This document shows positions 18,280 to 28,075 of a DNA stretch of 47,772 nt, piece by piece. The notes below the pieces were generated by a model. It did not search any database and had not been told where the DNA came from. It saw nothing but the letters and a program-made list of their open reading frames with translations. The position numbers and the translations under genes are program-made. Origin of the DNA: a virus (taxonomy: Duplodnaviria; Caudoviricetes); the IMG/VR virus record IMGVR_UViG_3300030397_000065, positions 1 through 47,772 of that record. One strand, given 5' to 3'. The first letter of the stretch is position 1, and every line of letters begins with the position of its first letter.

Positions 18280-19476
18280 ATGGACCCAATCTTCGGCCCA
18301 CTATTTGGTATCCCCGGACTAGGCCAGTCGTTATTTAACGGCTTAGGGGGCATCCTTGGCTTCGGCGCTAACCGACAAGAATTCCAGCAGAGGCGTGGGG
18401 ATATTCTTGGTATGACCCAGTTTAACCCGAGCTTCTTCAGCGGGGGCGGGTTTTCTGTTAACCCAAACAATGGTAATGTTCATCAGAGTATGTTACAGAA
18501 CATGCTCACTGCCGGTGCGGGAGCAGGGGCGCTACAAGGTTTTGGAGGAGGTCTCTTTAACAACGAGAGTCTTCAGCAAGCTCTTGGTCAGCTAGACTTC
18601 GGGGGAGCAGAGCAGGGAATCACTGACGCCTTCTCTAATCAGGCTAATCCTTTCTTTGACCAAGCTGGCTTCCAGAATAACCTCAACAATGTACAGGGCC
18701 TAGGCAATCTGTTCTCTCAGCTAACCGCAGCGGGTCCTCAGGACTTCTCTGGGGGTGCTCAGAATGCACTGTTCGCTGGGGGTATGCAGAACCTTAACAA
18801 TGCCTCTGACCAAAGTGGGTTGTTTAATCAATTCCTCGGAACTCAGCGTCAAGCGGCGCAGTCTACTAATGACCGTCTGTTCAATCGACTCCAAGATCGC
18901 CAGTTTGCTCAAGGAAGACTTGGCTCTAGCGGTGGCGGACAAGAGACAGAGGGCTTCTTTAACGCCCTTAATCAGCAGGACCTAGGCTTCCAGAACAATG
19001 CCTTTGGTCTAGCAGACAGGCAGCAGAACTTCCTTGCTAACCTAGGGCAGAGCCAGATTGGTCTTGGGCAGAACTTCTTGTCCCAGAACCTCGGTCAGTT
19101 CAACCAGAATGCTCAGTTTGCTCAGGGCTTTGGAGGACTCGCCGGGCAACTTGAAGGACAGGGCTTCGGTCAGCAGATGGGAGCACTCGGCTTTAATCAG
19201 AACAGCGCCCTTCAGAGAATGCAGGCCATGCAGGGACTGCTTGGCTTCGGAGCAGGACTCCAGAACCAAGGCTTTAACCAAGGCATTGCAGGTGGTGGGT
19301 TCTTGCTTGACCAAGCAGGATTCGGACGCGACACACTTATTAACCTACTCAACGCTGAGGCCAATCGAATTGGGGCCACAGGACTACACGCCCAAGCTCT
19401 CGGTAACATGGGAAGCTCTGGTAGCGGTGGGTTCTTGTCTGGACTCTTGGGCGGAATCGGCGGATTATTTGGGTAA
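18280..19476 (+). CDS. Ejection (pilot/internal virion) protein, G/Q/N/F-rich
   Basis: Low complexity with Gly-rich hydrophobic termini; first of three internal-protein genes. Confidence 0.65.
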   Translation: MDPIFGPLFGIPGLGQSLFNGLGGILGFGANRQEFQQRRGDILGMTQFNPSFFSGGGFSVNPNNGNVHQSMLQNMLTAGAGAGALQGFGGGLFNNESLQQALGQLDFGGAEQGITDAFSNQANPFFDQAGFQNNLNNVQGLGNLFSQLTAAGPQDFSGGAQNALFAGGMQNLNNASDQSGLFNQFLGTQRQAAQSTNDRLFNRLQDRQFAQGRLGSSGGGQETEGFFNALNQQDLGFQNNAFGLADRQQNFLANLGQSQIGLGQNFLSQNLGQFNQNAQFAQGFGGLAGQLEGQGFGQQMGALGFNQNSALQRMQAMQGLLGFGAGLQNQGFNQGIAGGGFLLDQAGFGRDTLINLLNAEANRIGATGLHAQALGNMGSSGSGGFLSGLLGGIGGLFG

Positions 19477-19485
19477 GGAGCTAAC

Positions 19486-21021
19486 ATGGCAGACGTAGGA
19501 TTTCTAGATAGCCTCGGACTAGGCGGGCCTGACCCCAGAGCGGTGCAAGCAGCCCAGAGACGAGAAGCCTTTAGCTCCGCTAACCAGCAGGGAGCAGCCT
19601 TCGGGCGACAAGCCTCCGGTTTAGTGGGAGGTTTAGGTGCGGGCGCAGTAGGCCTTATCTCAGGCAGGAACGATGGCCGAAGCATTAAGGGATTCCTTAA
19701 TAACGCTGGAGCCGCAGCCCGTAAGATCGACGAGTTCCAGCAGGCCCAAGCAGTCGGTATGTCTGTAGAGGACCTCCGCAGCAACCGTCGTATCAAGGCA
19801 GCCGCAGCCAGTAAAGACTTCGGTGACCCTAGTACCCTTGAGGCTCGTATTAAAATGGCTGAGTTTGTAGCCAAAGAAGCCCAGAATGATGGGAACATCA
19901 AAGTACGTGCTGCTGCTCTACAGCAACTCACAGAGCTACGTAAAGAGAAGGCGGAGTTCGATAAGTTATCCTCTCAGACAGCAGGACAAGAGACTCGAAA
20001 TATAAGAGATAGTGTAGTTGATGTATTTCTTGGAAAGAACACTAAGCCTGTAGCAGCTCAATATGCTAAAAGGGATGGGGTTAATGGGGTCGAGTATACT
20101 GATGAGAACGGACAACTTCAGTTTGCTCCGGTAGGTACGTTCACCACAGAAGACCCACGGGAGAAGATTGACACAGAGTCTCTAGACCAGCGTATTCGCA
20201 GGTCCATCCCTAAACAAGAATTAACTAAGATCAAGACTATGATTACTACGGGGGCTGACTCTGTACGTAAGTATGGTCGGGTTATGGACATAGCTGTGGA
20301 CCTCATAGAGAAAGGAGGCTCAGAGGAAGTTCTTAGTGATTCCGGTAAGGTTGCTGCCTTCTTGGACAATGCTGTGCGAAATGTACGAGGTGTCGCTAGT
20401 GCTGCGTTTAACACTCAGGGAGCGTCGGAAGATGCTAAGAGCGGTGTGCGCAAGCGGGCCCTAGAGGCAGCTAACGATCCTAATAATTCTATCTGGGACT
20501 CCGTACAGCTACCGGAAAGGTTCCGTAGGACTTCTTCGGCAGCCCAGAACTACAGAGCTAATATCATGGAGCTTGCCTACATGGCGGCTCGATTGGCAGA
20601 GCCCTCTAACCGAGGACTTTCTGATAACGACATTAAGAACGCACTGATTCGTATTGGTGCGGACACCGCTAACCCTCAGGTGATGATGCGTCGGTTCTCA
20701 GAAATGATGGCCGATGGAGCCTCAGGAGTAGAGGACATACTAGATGTGTGGAAGTACAACTTTGAGGGTGTATCCCCTGAAGAAGTTGAGCTTACTATAG
20801 GAGGAGCAGCCCTTCCTAAGTACCGACAAGCAGTACAGGCCCTATATGAGAAGCATGGAGTTACCATTGACCCGACAACCAATAGGGCTACCTTTGAGTC
20901 TCCTTTAGACTCTGATGTGCAGCCCGGAGAAGGTGTCGCGGGTGCTGCTCCAGCAGAACTTCCTGTAGATGATAATGAATTCCTTAACCAGATTCTAGAT
21001 CCTAATGCCAACAGCAGATAA
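19486..21021 (+). CDS. Internal virion/ejection protein
   Basis: Helical Ala-rich 511 aa; synteny. Confidence 0.6.
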   Translation: MADVGFLDSLGLGGPDPRAVQAAQRREAFSSANQQGAAFGRQASGLVGGLGAGAVGLISGRNDGRSIKGFLNNAGAAARKIDEFQQAQAVGMSVEDLRSNRRIKAAAASKDFGDPSTLEARIKMAEFVAKEAQNDGNIKVRAAALQQLTELRKEKAEFDKLSSQTAGQETRNIRDSVVDVFLGKNTKPVAAQYAKRDGVNGVEYTDENGQLQFAPVGTFTTEDPREKIDTESLDQRIRRSIPKQELTKIKTMITTGADSVRKYGRVMDIAVDLIEKGGSEEVLSDSGKVAAFLDNAVRNVRGVASAAFNTQGASEDAKSGVRKRALEAANDPNNSIWDSVQLPERFRRTSSAAQNYRANIMELAYMAARLAEPSNRGLSDNDIKNALIRIGADTANPQVMMRRFSEMMADGASGVEDILDVWKYNFEGVSPEEVELTIGGAALPKYRQAVQALYEKHGVTIDPTTNRATFESPLDSDVQPGEGVAGAAPAELPVDDNEFLNQILDPNANSR

Positions 21022-23881
21022 CGAAAGAGTACAGGCTATCTTCCAACCCGTAGCTCCTGTGCAGGACTCGGGCTCTGAGGCCCAAGCGACTCCGCCTAAC
21101 CCGGTTCCCGCTTCCCCTCAGCCTAATCCCGTGTCTACTCCTCCGACTGTTCTGGACGCTCAGACAGCTCCAAGACTGGCACAGATTCTGAGGGATAAAG
21201 GCAGGAATGAAATTGGGGCCGAGAGATATGACAAGGCTGTGGGCTTACTGAGAGAATTCTATTCAGCTAACCCAGACCAGCTTCCCAAGGGCAAGGACCC
21301 CCGCATTGATACCTCTCCATTACCCACTGGAGTACGAGAGATTGATGAGGAAGGCCGCACAGTGCCTAGTATCGGAGGAGGTCCGGTAGGTATTAGTACC
21401 CAGACCTTTAAGGACATTGACGAACTTCCTTTCGATGATCCCTTGCGGGTCAGACGTCAGAGAGCCCAAGAGGGCGTGGACATGCAGAGTGGGCTTCCAT
21501 TCTTCGACCGTGCCAGCATAGCTCTAGCACCCAATACAGCCCGTCGCCGTAGTGAGCGGATACAGGAGGTTATGGGTGAGACTTTTGCACAGATTCCTGA
21601 TGATCTACCTAAGTTTAGGTACGACACAGCCTTAGGAGAGTTTCAATTCCTCAAGCCTCAGGGTGATGGGAAGTTCAGATGGACTTCTATGGACGGTACT
21701 GGTATTGAACTAGGTGACCTAGGTGATCTACTCAACCCTGCTGAGGCTTTTAGTCTTATTGGCAGTGTAGCTGGTGCCGGTAAAGGTAAGATATTCACGT
21801 TTGGTAAGGGCGGGGCCAAGACCCAAGCTGCGGTAGGCGGCTTAGCGGGAGGCACCGGAGGACGTTTCTTGGGCGAAGCTACCTCATTCCTTATTGACTA
21901 CATAGCTAATGACGAAGTACCTACTCTAGAGGAAGTACAACAGCTAGGGTGGGACGCCACTAAGATTGAGGCTTTTGCTTCACTGACAGGTGAGCTAGGC
22001 GCTGCTTTTATACGCCGGGCCAGTTCGGCTGTTCAAGCTCGGGCGGCTGCCTCTCAGGGACGACAGAGCGTAGAAGGTCTGTCTAAGTCTCAGGTTGAAG
22101 CAGCAAACCTTAATATACAGAGCACCCAAGAAGACCTTAGGCGCATCAAAGATGTACTAGGCCGTGAAGATATTCCTGTTACGGAAGGAACGGCTACTCA
22201 TAATATTGATCTGATTGAGGAAGAAGAATTCGCCTTTAAGAATGCTTCTCGTAACGTACAGAGGGCGCGCAATCGTGCCCGTGCTCTAGAGAAAAGAGCT
22301 ACTCAAGATTACATCAATGAAGTATTTGGAGGTAATGAGAGATTCTTAGGGGATAGATATGGCACTGTCTTACGTGCTAACGATGCCCTAAAGAACGGGG
22401 AAGGTATTGTAGTAGCGCAGACCGATGATGGTCTTGTCCATATGGCTCACAAGATTGACCCAGAGAATGGACTTAATGTCAAACCTGAAAATGATTTCTG
22501 GCAGGTGCGGGGGGTTCGTACAGGTGAGGGAATCCGAGGCTTAGGCCTAGGGACTGATCTCTACCGTGCAGCACAGGCGGAGGCTAGGCAACACGGAAAG
22601 GTGCTGGCCTCAGACACTGATGTAAGCGAAGATGCTCTGAAGATATGGCGCGGGCTTGATGGGGACGAGGAGTTTGGGGAACTAATATGGAACCCAAACG
22701 TAACTACACTTACAGATGGGAACGGTCGTCAGTGGGCTAGGTCTACAGACGGAAGGCCCGTAGTACGTGTAGCCGACCCAGAGCCCGTAACTCCTACTCT
22801 ATTGGAAACTTTCCGCCAAGCCCAGCCGGGCCCTGATGGTAGGTTTGTCAAGAACAAGGAACTGTCTAGATTCTTCCGTAAGCCGGGACGTAATGAGTTA
22901 GCTGCCGTTAGAGCTGAGATGGAGTCCAACCCTTTTGTCCGTCAAGACATGAAGGAAGCACTCTACAATGACTACGTAGCTAATGTACAGCGACCAGATG
23001 GTAGCTTTAGCGTCAAAGCTTTCGAGGAGTGGAAGGAAGAAGTAGGGCGTGTGGCTGAAGAAGTATTTAGCCCAGAGGAAATGATCGCCATTAGAGGTCC
23101 TGCCGGCGGCATGACTCAGGTTATTGAGACTGCTCGTCGTAGTACAGAGATACGCAGGAGCGCACTGTCTGATGCTTTAGGTGTTAGCACCGAACATGCT
23201 ATCTTCAAGGACCCGTCCACCCGTGGTATCTGGAACCAATTCAAGAGCCTGCCATCCGCTAAACGACGTAGGGCCATGTTGGTACTGGACTCTCTGTTTG
23301 AGGGCGATGGTATACGTGGTCTATTCCTAGAGGAGTTACGCACCACCCTGCTATCGAAATCTAAGGGCTCTAACTCTGCGGGCTACAACAAGTGGCTCAA
23401 GCAGAACGAGGAGTTAATTCGTGATGTTATGGGTACCGGGGAGTATATCAACGACCTGAGGGTTGTAGGTAATGTCCTAAAGCGCCGAAGCGATCAGGGA
23501 ATGGTACAGGGATCAGCCGCAGAAGTAAATCCCACAGGTATTGCTCTCACTCGTGTGCTGTTCGGGCCCCTGTCTCGTATTCAGCGTTTCATCTCGGCTG
23601 CCCGCCGGGGTGTTGTACGCGGCAACTCAGCTAAGCTCGGTGATCTTATCACAGACCCGGAGAAGCTCAGGCAGCTTACGGCTATCAGGGCATTCCCTGT
23701 GGAGTCCGTCCAGACTGCTCGTGTGATCCAAGACTTAGGTATCGCAGAGGAGCTAGGATGGTTCTCTGGTGAGAGTTTTGACGCCAATAACCCCGAGCAC
23801 AGGAAGGAAATAGCTAGCCTAGTAGCAGGACTGTTGTCAGAGGAGATGGAGAACCCAGATGAGAGTGTGGAGCAAGAATAG
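21005..23881 (+). CDS. Large internal virion/ejection protein with embedded GNAT-like domain
   Basis: 958 aa; Gly-rich hydrophobic segments; VRTGEGIRGLGLGTDLY..SEDALKIW. Confidence 0.65.
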   Translation: MPTADNERVQAIFQPVAPVQDSGSEAQATPPNPVPASPQPNPVSTPPTVLDAQTAPRLAQILRDKGRNEIGAERYDKAVGLLREFYSANPDQLPKGKDPRIDTSPLPTGVREIDEEGRTVPSIGGGPVGISTQTFKDIDELPFDDPLRVRRQRAQEGVDMQSGLPFFDRASIALAPNTARRRSERIQEVMGETFAQIPDDLPKFRYDTALGEFQFLKPQGDGKFRWTSMDGTGIELGDLGDLLNPAEAFSLIGSVAGAGKGKIFTFGKGGAKTQAAVGGLAGGTGGRFLGEATSFLIDYIANDEVPTLEEVQQLGWDATKIEAFASLTGELGAAFIRRASSAVQARAAASQGRQSVEGLSKSQVEAANLNIQSTQEDLRRIKDVLGREDIPVTEGTATHNIDLIEEEEFAFKNASRNVQRARNRARALEKRATQDYINEVFGGNERFLGDRYGTVLRANDALKNGEGIVVAQTDDGLVHMAHKIDPENGLNVKPENDFWQVRGVRTGEGIRGLGLGTDLYRAAQAEARQHGKVLASDTDVSEDALKIWRGLDGDEEFGELIWNPNVTTLTDGNGRQWARSTDGRPVVRVADPEPVTPTLLETFRQAQPGPDGRFVKNKELSRFFRKPGRNELAAVRAEMESNPFVRQDMKEALYNDYVANVQRPDGSFSVKAFEEWKEEVGRVAEEVFSPEEMIAIRGPAGGMTQVIETARRSTEIRRSALSDALGVSTEHAIFKDPSTRGIWNQFKSLPSAKRRRAMLVLDSLFEGDGIRGLFLEELRTTLLSKSKGSNSAGYNKWLKQNEELIRDVMGTGEYINDLRVVGNVLKRRSDQGMVQGSAAEVNPTGIALTRVLFGPLSRIQRFISAARRGVVRGNSAKLGDLITDPEKLRQLTAIRAFPVESVQTARVIQDLGIAEELGWFSGESFDANNPEHRKEIASLVAGLLSEEMENPDESVEQE

Positions 23882-24266
23882 CCAGAAGGTATATGACGAG
23901 CTAGACCCCAGACTACAAGTATTAGTGACTCGCATCCGGGATGAGGTAGTAGACATATCTCTTATCACGGGCTTCCGAGATAGGGAGACCCAGAATACTA
24001 TGTACGAGTCTAATAAGAGTCAGCTAAAGTTCCCTTTCGGCAAACACAACAAGAAGCCCTCATTGGCCGTGGACCTACAGCCCTACCCCTACCCCGAGTA
24101 CGAGCCTAAGCTCTGGGGTGCTCTGGGATATATAGCTGGCCGAGCACATGCCATTGCGGCAGAAGAAGGATTTAAGATAAGATGGGGTGGTGACTGGAAT
24201 GGGAACGGTGACCTAACCGACCAGAATTTTGATGATCTGTTCCATATAGAGGTGCTAGATGCGTAA
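23859..24266 (+). CDS. Endolysin, M15 L-Ala-D-Glu peptidase
   Basis: GFR..Q, KH......AVD, IRWGGDW, D..HIE. Confidence 0.88.
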   Translation: MRVWSKNSQKVYDELDPRLQVLVTRIRDEVVDISLITGFRDRETQNTMYESNKSQLKFPFGKHNKKPSLAVDLQPYPYPEYEPKLWGALGYIAGRAHAIAAEEGFKIRWGGDWNGNGDLTDQNFDDLFHIEVLDA

Positions 24267-24708
24267 ACTATTAACTGTTTTATTGCTGTTGGGTTTGTCC
24301 GCCCCCTCATACGCCAGCGTTAAAGATGATATCTGTAGTCTTTTAAGATTTGACTGTCAGGCTCTCCCCGAGCCTACTATCATCGAGTCTAAGGTGTTGA
24401 TACATATGTCGTATCTGATGTCTACTCAGCTATACGGAATGTACTACGACGGTGAGAAGTATATCTACATTAATCCAGATCACCCAGACAAGCGGGAAGC
24501 TGCCATTATCCACGAGACTGTACATTATATACTGTGGCATTCGGGCATATTTGATAGATGCTTAGGGGAGGAGTTGGCTAGAGAAGTTACAGCACATATG
24601 ACCAACACCGAGGTAGACCCAGCATGGATACAAAGTTACAACTGCGACCCGTTATCATCGTCGAGTGGGGAGACGCCTTTATCGACGGAGAAGACTTCGA
24701 CCCAGTAG
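24259..24708 (+). CDS. Secreted zinc metallopeptidase-like protein (HExxH), paralog of 44065-44568
   Basis: Sec signal peptide MRKLLTVLLLLGLSAPSYA; IIHETVHYIL..E; 4 Cys. Confidence 0.7.
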   Translation: MRKLLTVLLLLGLSAPSYASVKDDICSLLRFDCQALPEPTIIESKVLIHMSYLMSTQLYGMYYDGEKYIYINPDHPDKREAAIIHETVHYILWHSGIFDRCLGEELAREVTAHMTNTEVDPAWIQSYNCDPLSSSSGETPLSTEKTSTQ

Positions 24709-24902
24709 AGGCACAGGATACTAAACCCGTATATAGAAAAACCGTAGGGTTCCTTATAGCAAAGAACCAATACGGCTATGTACTAGCAACAGATGTGTAT
24801 GACGACGAACCAGAAGTGGCCGGGAAGCTATTTATACCCCACGGAATGGTCACACGTGTGAGAAAGTTAAGGACAGATGATGAGTCTAAACGAACGATTT
24901 AA
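24624..24902 (+). CDS. Conserved phage hypothetical protein
   Basis: VIIVEWGDA..KTVGFLI..IPHGMV pattern familiar from phage proteins. Confidence 0.6.
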   Translation: MDTKLQLRPVIIVEWGDAFIDGEDFDPVEAQDTKPVYRKTVGFLIAKNQYGYVLATDVYDDEPEVAGKLFIPHGMVTRVRKLRTDDESKRTI

Positions 24903-25248
24903 GAACAGCACCATTGCCGTAGTGGCTGGAGGTATTATACTATTCGCTTCAGGCTTAACTGCTGTAGAGAAGACTACGAATATCATCGACAAGTCTTTTG
25001 TGACTGAAAGGGAACTAGCTCTCCACGCTGATACGGCACACCCTAAAGCTATACTCGCTATAGCTAGGTCTGAACTTAAGTCAGAATGTAGGTGGCTCAA
25101 GTCTGAGATACGTAACATCACTGATCGTATTCGGGAACTTACTACTGCTGGCGCTGACCCCGCGTGGATATCAGAGAAGCAGGTAGAGCTTGATGAGCTA
25201 CAAAGTAGGTGGGACTCTAAAGGTTGCGCCTCAGTTGATTACATTTAA
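24877..25248 (+). CDS. N-terminally membrane-anchored coiled-coil protein (possible spanin/antiholin)
   Basis: Hydrophobic N-terminal segment, coiled coil, 2 Cys; within the lysis cassette. Confidence 0.5.
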   Translation: MMSLNERFKNSTIAVVAGGIILFASGLTAVEKTTNIIDKSFVTERELALHADTAHPKAILAIARSELKSECRWLKSEIRNITDRIRELTTAGADPAWISEKQVELDELQSRWDSKGCASVDYI

Positions 25249-25257
25249 GGATATACT

Positions 25258-25659
25258 ATGTGGAGTTCAATAGTAACAGCATTGCTTGGTAAGGTAGCCC
25301 CTAAAGTAGCGGACTACTATATACAAAAGCAACAGCTTAAGCAACAGGTTGAGCTTAAGAGGCTTGAGGGTAAGATTGCTTGGGAGTTAGCCAAGACCAA
25401 AAGGGCCGAGGCCAGTGAAGGCCGCGACCACGAGTGGGAGTTACTCAGCATCCAGAACTCAGGGTACAAGGATGAGTGGGTTCTCTTTCTTGTGAGTATC
25501 CCTATGGTCCTCAGCTTCATCCCCGCTGGACAAGTCTACGTCGTAAATGGATTCCAAGCCCTTGAGGGTACTCCCCAATGGTACCGGTTCCTCGTCATGA
25601 GCATATTTGGTGCAGTGTATGGCATTAGACTCTGGAGACGCAAGACCCTCTCTCAGTAA
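25258..25659 (+). CDS. Holin (GTA 3TM-like family)
   Basis: WE..SIQNSGYKDEW..IP..P.WY..GIR pattern with hydrophobic segments. Confidence 0.75.
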   Translation: MWSSIVTALLGKVAPKVADYYIQKQQLKQQVELKRLEGKIAWELAKTKRAEASEGRDHEWELLSIQNSGYKDEWVLFLVSIPMVLSFIPAGQVYVVNGFQALEGTPQWYRFLVMSIFGAVYGIRLWRRKTLSQ

Positions 25660-25672
25660 CTGTAAAGCTCTG

Positions 25673-26191
25673 CTAAACATCTAGGGCTGCTTCAATCATA
25701 GCTAGCTCTTTTTTCCACTTGGCAAGATTATCTTCGGCTCGTCCGATTCTTTCGCGGAGCGCAGTTCCTTTAGCAGCAAGAGCTTCTCCGAGGTCTCCAT
25801 CTTCTTCAGCATCTTCTTCGTGTGCGCCGCTTGTTCCCTGAACAGGCGGCGTTTTACGTTGCGCGACTGGTACTCCTTGTGGATCGACGAGAATGCTGTC
25901 TCCACTATCGACTTGTTCAGATCGTGCAGCAGCCGCTTTAGCTCTAGCCGTGACTGCTTCGTCATCAATTCGTTCTTTGACGATTTGTCTGATGTGGGCC
26001 CCGTAGCTGGCAAGGGCGCTCCTTCTTTTATCCGCATCGTTCAATCCTTCTAGTGTAACTGAGTACTCACCTATCCCGTAAGGCAGGTCTAAGGTCTTGA
26101 CAACCTTGCCGGGACCTACCTCCTCTGTAGATGCTTTGTCCCACAACTTCATGTCGGACTGCATTATACTAAGTAGTTCTTGTGTTTCCAT
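25673..26191 (-). CDS. Hypothetical protein
   Basis: Last gene of the - arm; start METQELL just after the exonuclease stop (start uncertain). Confidence 0.55.
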   Translation of the reverse strand: METQELLSIMQSDMKLWDKASTEEVGPGKVVKTLDLPYGIGEYSVTLEGLNDADKRRSALASYGAHIRQIVKERIDDEAVTARAKAAAARSEQVDSGDSILVDPQGVPVAQRKTPPVQGTSGAHEEDAEEDGDLGEALAAKGTALRERIGRAEDNLAKWKKELAMIEAALDV

Positions 26192-26192
26192 A

Positions 26193-26951
26193 TTAAGCCA
26201 GCACTCCATTCTTTGTGCCACCCGTCTTAAGATTCTTCCTACCACGATGGTACGCTCCACAGTCTTGACAATGCCACTGCTGGAATAGACCTACCTTAGT
26301 CGGTCGCTTCTTGTGCTTTCGCATGTTGTGAGAGCCACAGGTAATGCACGTAGGCTCATCGGCACCCCGATCATCCACGTACAATCCCCAATTAGGGTGT
26401 GGGGTGATCCAGCCAAGAATCCAATCATATAACTCCTCTGTAACCTTAACGTCACCGATGTTGTATTCCTGCATTTCGGTACGGGCAGCTTTGTCTCCGC
26501 TCCACACATCTATCCAGAGTTCCATACCGGTAGTCTCTATCTTCTGATTGAGTTGGAGGTCGGCAAGTACGTCGTCTAGACGGTTGCTAGAGAACGAGAA
26601 GTTCTTCTTCACCTGCTGAAGCAAGTCTACCTGCTGGAACGGTGCCGGAGGGGACCAACCAAGACGGATGAACTCAGTGTTGAGCTTCTTGATATCAAAC
26701 TTCTTGCTATTGTATCCGATTACTACATCGGCAGCACTTAGGGCCTCGTATATCTTAGTGAACATACGCTCGGCACCCCCGCGCTGCCACTCCGCAGCAA
26801 AGCTCACAGTCTTCTGTCCCTGCCACTTCCAAGCAGCACAGATCACTCGGCTCTCCTCAAGGGTAAACCTTGCAGGAATATTCTCTTGCCAGCGACGCCA
26901 ATGAAAGGACAGATGTGGGCTAGTCTCAATGTCTAGAAATAATATCTTCAT
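26193..26951 (-). CDS. RNase H-like/DnaQ 3'-5' exonuclease with C-terminal zinc ribbon
   Basis: ILFLDIETSP, GYNSKKFDI, YNIGDV; CITCGS..CQDCG. Confidence 0.85.
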   Translation of the reverse strand: MKILFLDIETSPHLSFHWRRWQENIPARFTLEESRVICAAWKWQGQKTVSFAAEWQRGGAERMFTKIYEALSAADVVIGYNSKKFDIKKLNTEFIRLGWSPPAPFQQVDLLQQVKKNFSFSSNRLDDVLADLQLNQKIETTGMELWIDVWSGDKAARTEMQEYNIGDVKVTEELYDWILGWITPHPNWGLYVDDRGADEPTCITCGSHNMRKHKKRPTKVGLFQQWHCQDCGAYHRGRKNLKTGGTKNGVLA

Positions 26952-27097
26952 TATAGATTCCTTAGAATTTCATCTACTATCAGCAGAGTTTCTTCTTCTT
27001 CATCATTAAATAGTTCAGGGTATTCCTGATGAATCCAACTTGTAATCATAATGAGTTTCTTGACCCATTCTATGTCCGCTCTAGTCAGATGTATCAT
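26951..27097 (-). CDS. Hypothetical 48-aa protein
   Basis: Hand translation MIHLTRADIEW...; stop overlaps exonuclease ATG. Confidence 0.5.
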   Translation of the reverse strand: MIHLTRADIEWVKKLIMITSWIHQEYPELFNDEEEETLLIVDEILRNL

Positions 27098-27425
27098 TAG
27101 GTTCCTTCCTCAGTTCTAGTTCAAGTCTCGCAAGCGCGTTCCAAGCCGCGTGAGCAGCGTGTAGTAAGCCGGAGTCGGAATCCACCTTCTCGTAGTGTTC
27201 TTTGCACAGATGCCGCAGTAACGCCGCTGTGTACCTTTCGTGTCCAGCAACAACATCTTGCCATCCGCCTCGTGTATATTTGACGGCACCGTGTGTTCCA
27301 ACTTCAGCCACTGCTTCAAGAGCCTTGCCGAACATGAGGAGCAGACTGGCGTCCGGCTTCCCGGCGTCGAGCTTAGCTCCAGTTTCGTGCTGGTTAAGTC
27401 CATTAGGATCGGTCTCCGTAGTCAT
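27081..27425 (-). CDS. dATP/dGTP diphosphohydrolase-domain protein (DUF5664)
   Basis: GAKLDAGK, GAVKY, ALLRHL, DSDSGLLHAAHAAWNAL. Confidence 0.85.
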   Translation of the reverse strand: MTTETDPNGLNQHETGAKLDAGKPDASLLLMFGKALEAVAEVGTHGAVKYTRGGWQDVVAGHERYTAALLRHLCKEHYEKVDSDSGLLHAAHAAWNALARLELELRKEPNDTSD

Positions 27426-27807
27426 ATTCGTAATCTCTTGAAATTGTGATTTGAGTGAAGCCAGTGGACCCGGCCAGTAGAAAACGCTTCCGCCACGTTG
27501 CCGACGTAATCCATTTATCATCTTCAAGGTATCCTTTTCTTGTCAGAAGATCGTATAGCGCCTTCTCGAAGTTGTCCCCGTCCCCCATCGGCACTATCAG
27601 CTTGCTTGTTTTGGCCCTTGGTATTGCGAATAAAACATCTACTCTGACCGGTAAGGCGAGTTGGGCGCTGCTGTCGTCTACCAACTTGTCCGCGTCGTCC
27701 CGCCATTTCTTATACGTTTTCGCGAAGTATGGCTTCCCGTACCTCGGCACTCTCGGACGACTGGCCGCTATCGGCTTGGTTGGTATCACTATTGTTATTG
27801 GCTTCAT
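27403..27807 (-). CDS. rusA: RusA-like Holliday junction resolvase
   Basis: PIAASRPR, Y..W, D.DNFEKALYD, EDDKWI. Confidence 0.85.
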   Translation of the reverse strand: MKPITIVIPTKPIAASRPRVPRYGKPYFAKTYKKWRDDADKLVDDSSAQLALPVRVDVLFAIPRAKTSKLIVPMGDGDNFEKALYDLLTRKGYLEDDKWITSATWRKRFLLAGSTGFTQITISRDYEYDYGDRS

Positions 27808-28075
27808 AGATTCCTGCTTCCGCTGCTAGCGTATCTGCTTCCCATTCACACTCTAAGTCCTGCTTGTGCCCATACGTTGTAGGCTGTACCTTGTCTTTAG
27901 ACACGTACTTACCTTCGTACAGATAGTAGTTGAGTAGCTCCAGACACGCAATCTCTGCTGCCTTCCTAGCAGCCTCGGCACCGGCCCAGACAGTACTCTT
28001 TGTGTCCTGCACCACCTGAGTGTAGAACTTGCGTACTGCTATGTCCTGCATAGGGGTTAGGTTATTCTTAGCCAT
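27710..28075 (-). CDS. Hypothetical protein
   Basis: Start MAKNNL; packed operon. Confidence 0.5.
   Translation of the reverse strand: MAKNNLTPMQDIAVRKFYTQVVQDTKSTVWAGAEAARKAAEIACLELLNYYLYEGKYVSKDKVQPTTYGHKQDLECEWEADTLAAEAGIYEANNNSDTNQADSGQSSESAEVREAILRENV

Noticed and set aside
25660-25672. Expected bidirectional terminator at the convergence of the two arms
   Set aside because: Only 13 nt between the stop codons and no hairpin visible
27081-27425. Z-genome (2-aminoadenine) system
   Set aside because: No PurZ-like adenylosuccinate synthetase or HD dATPase seen in the genome
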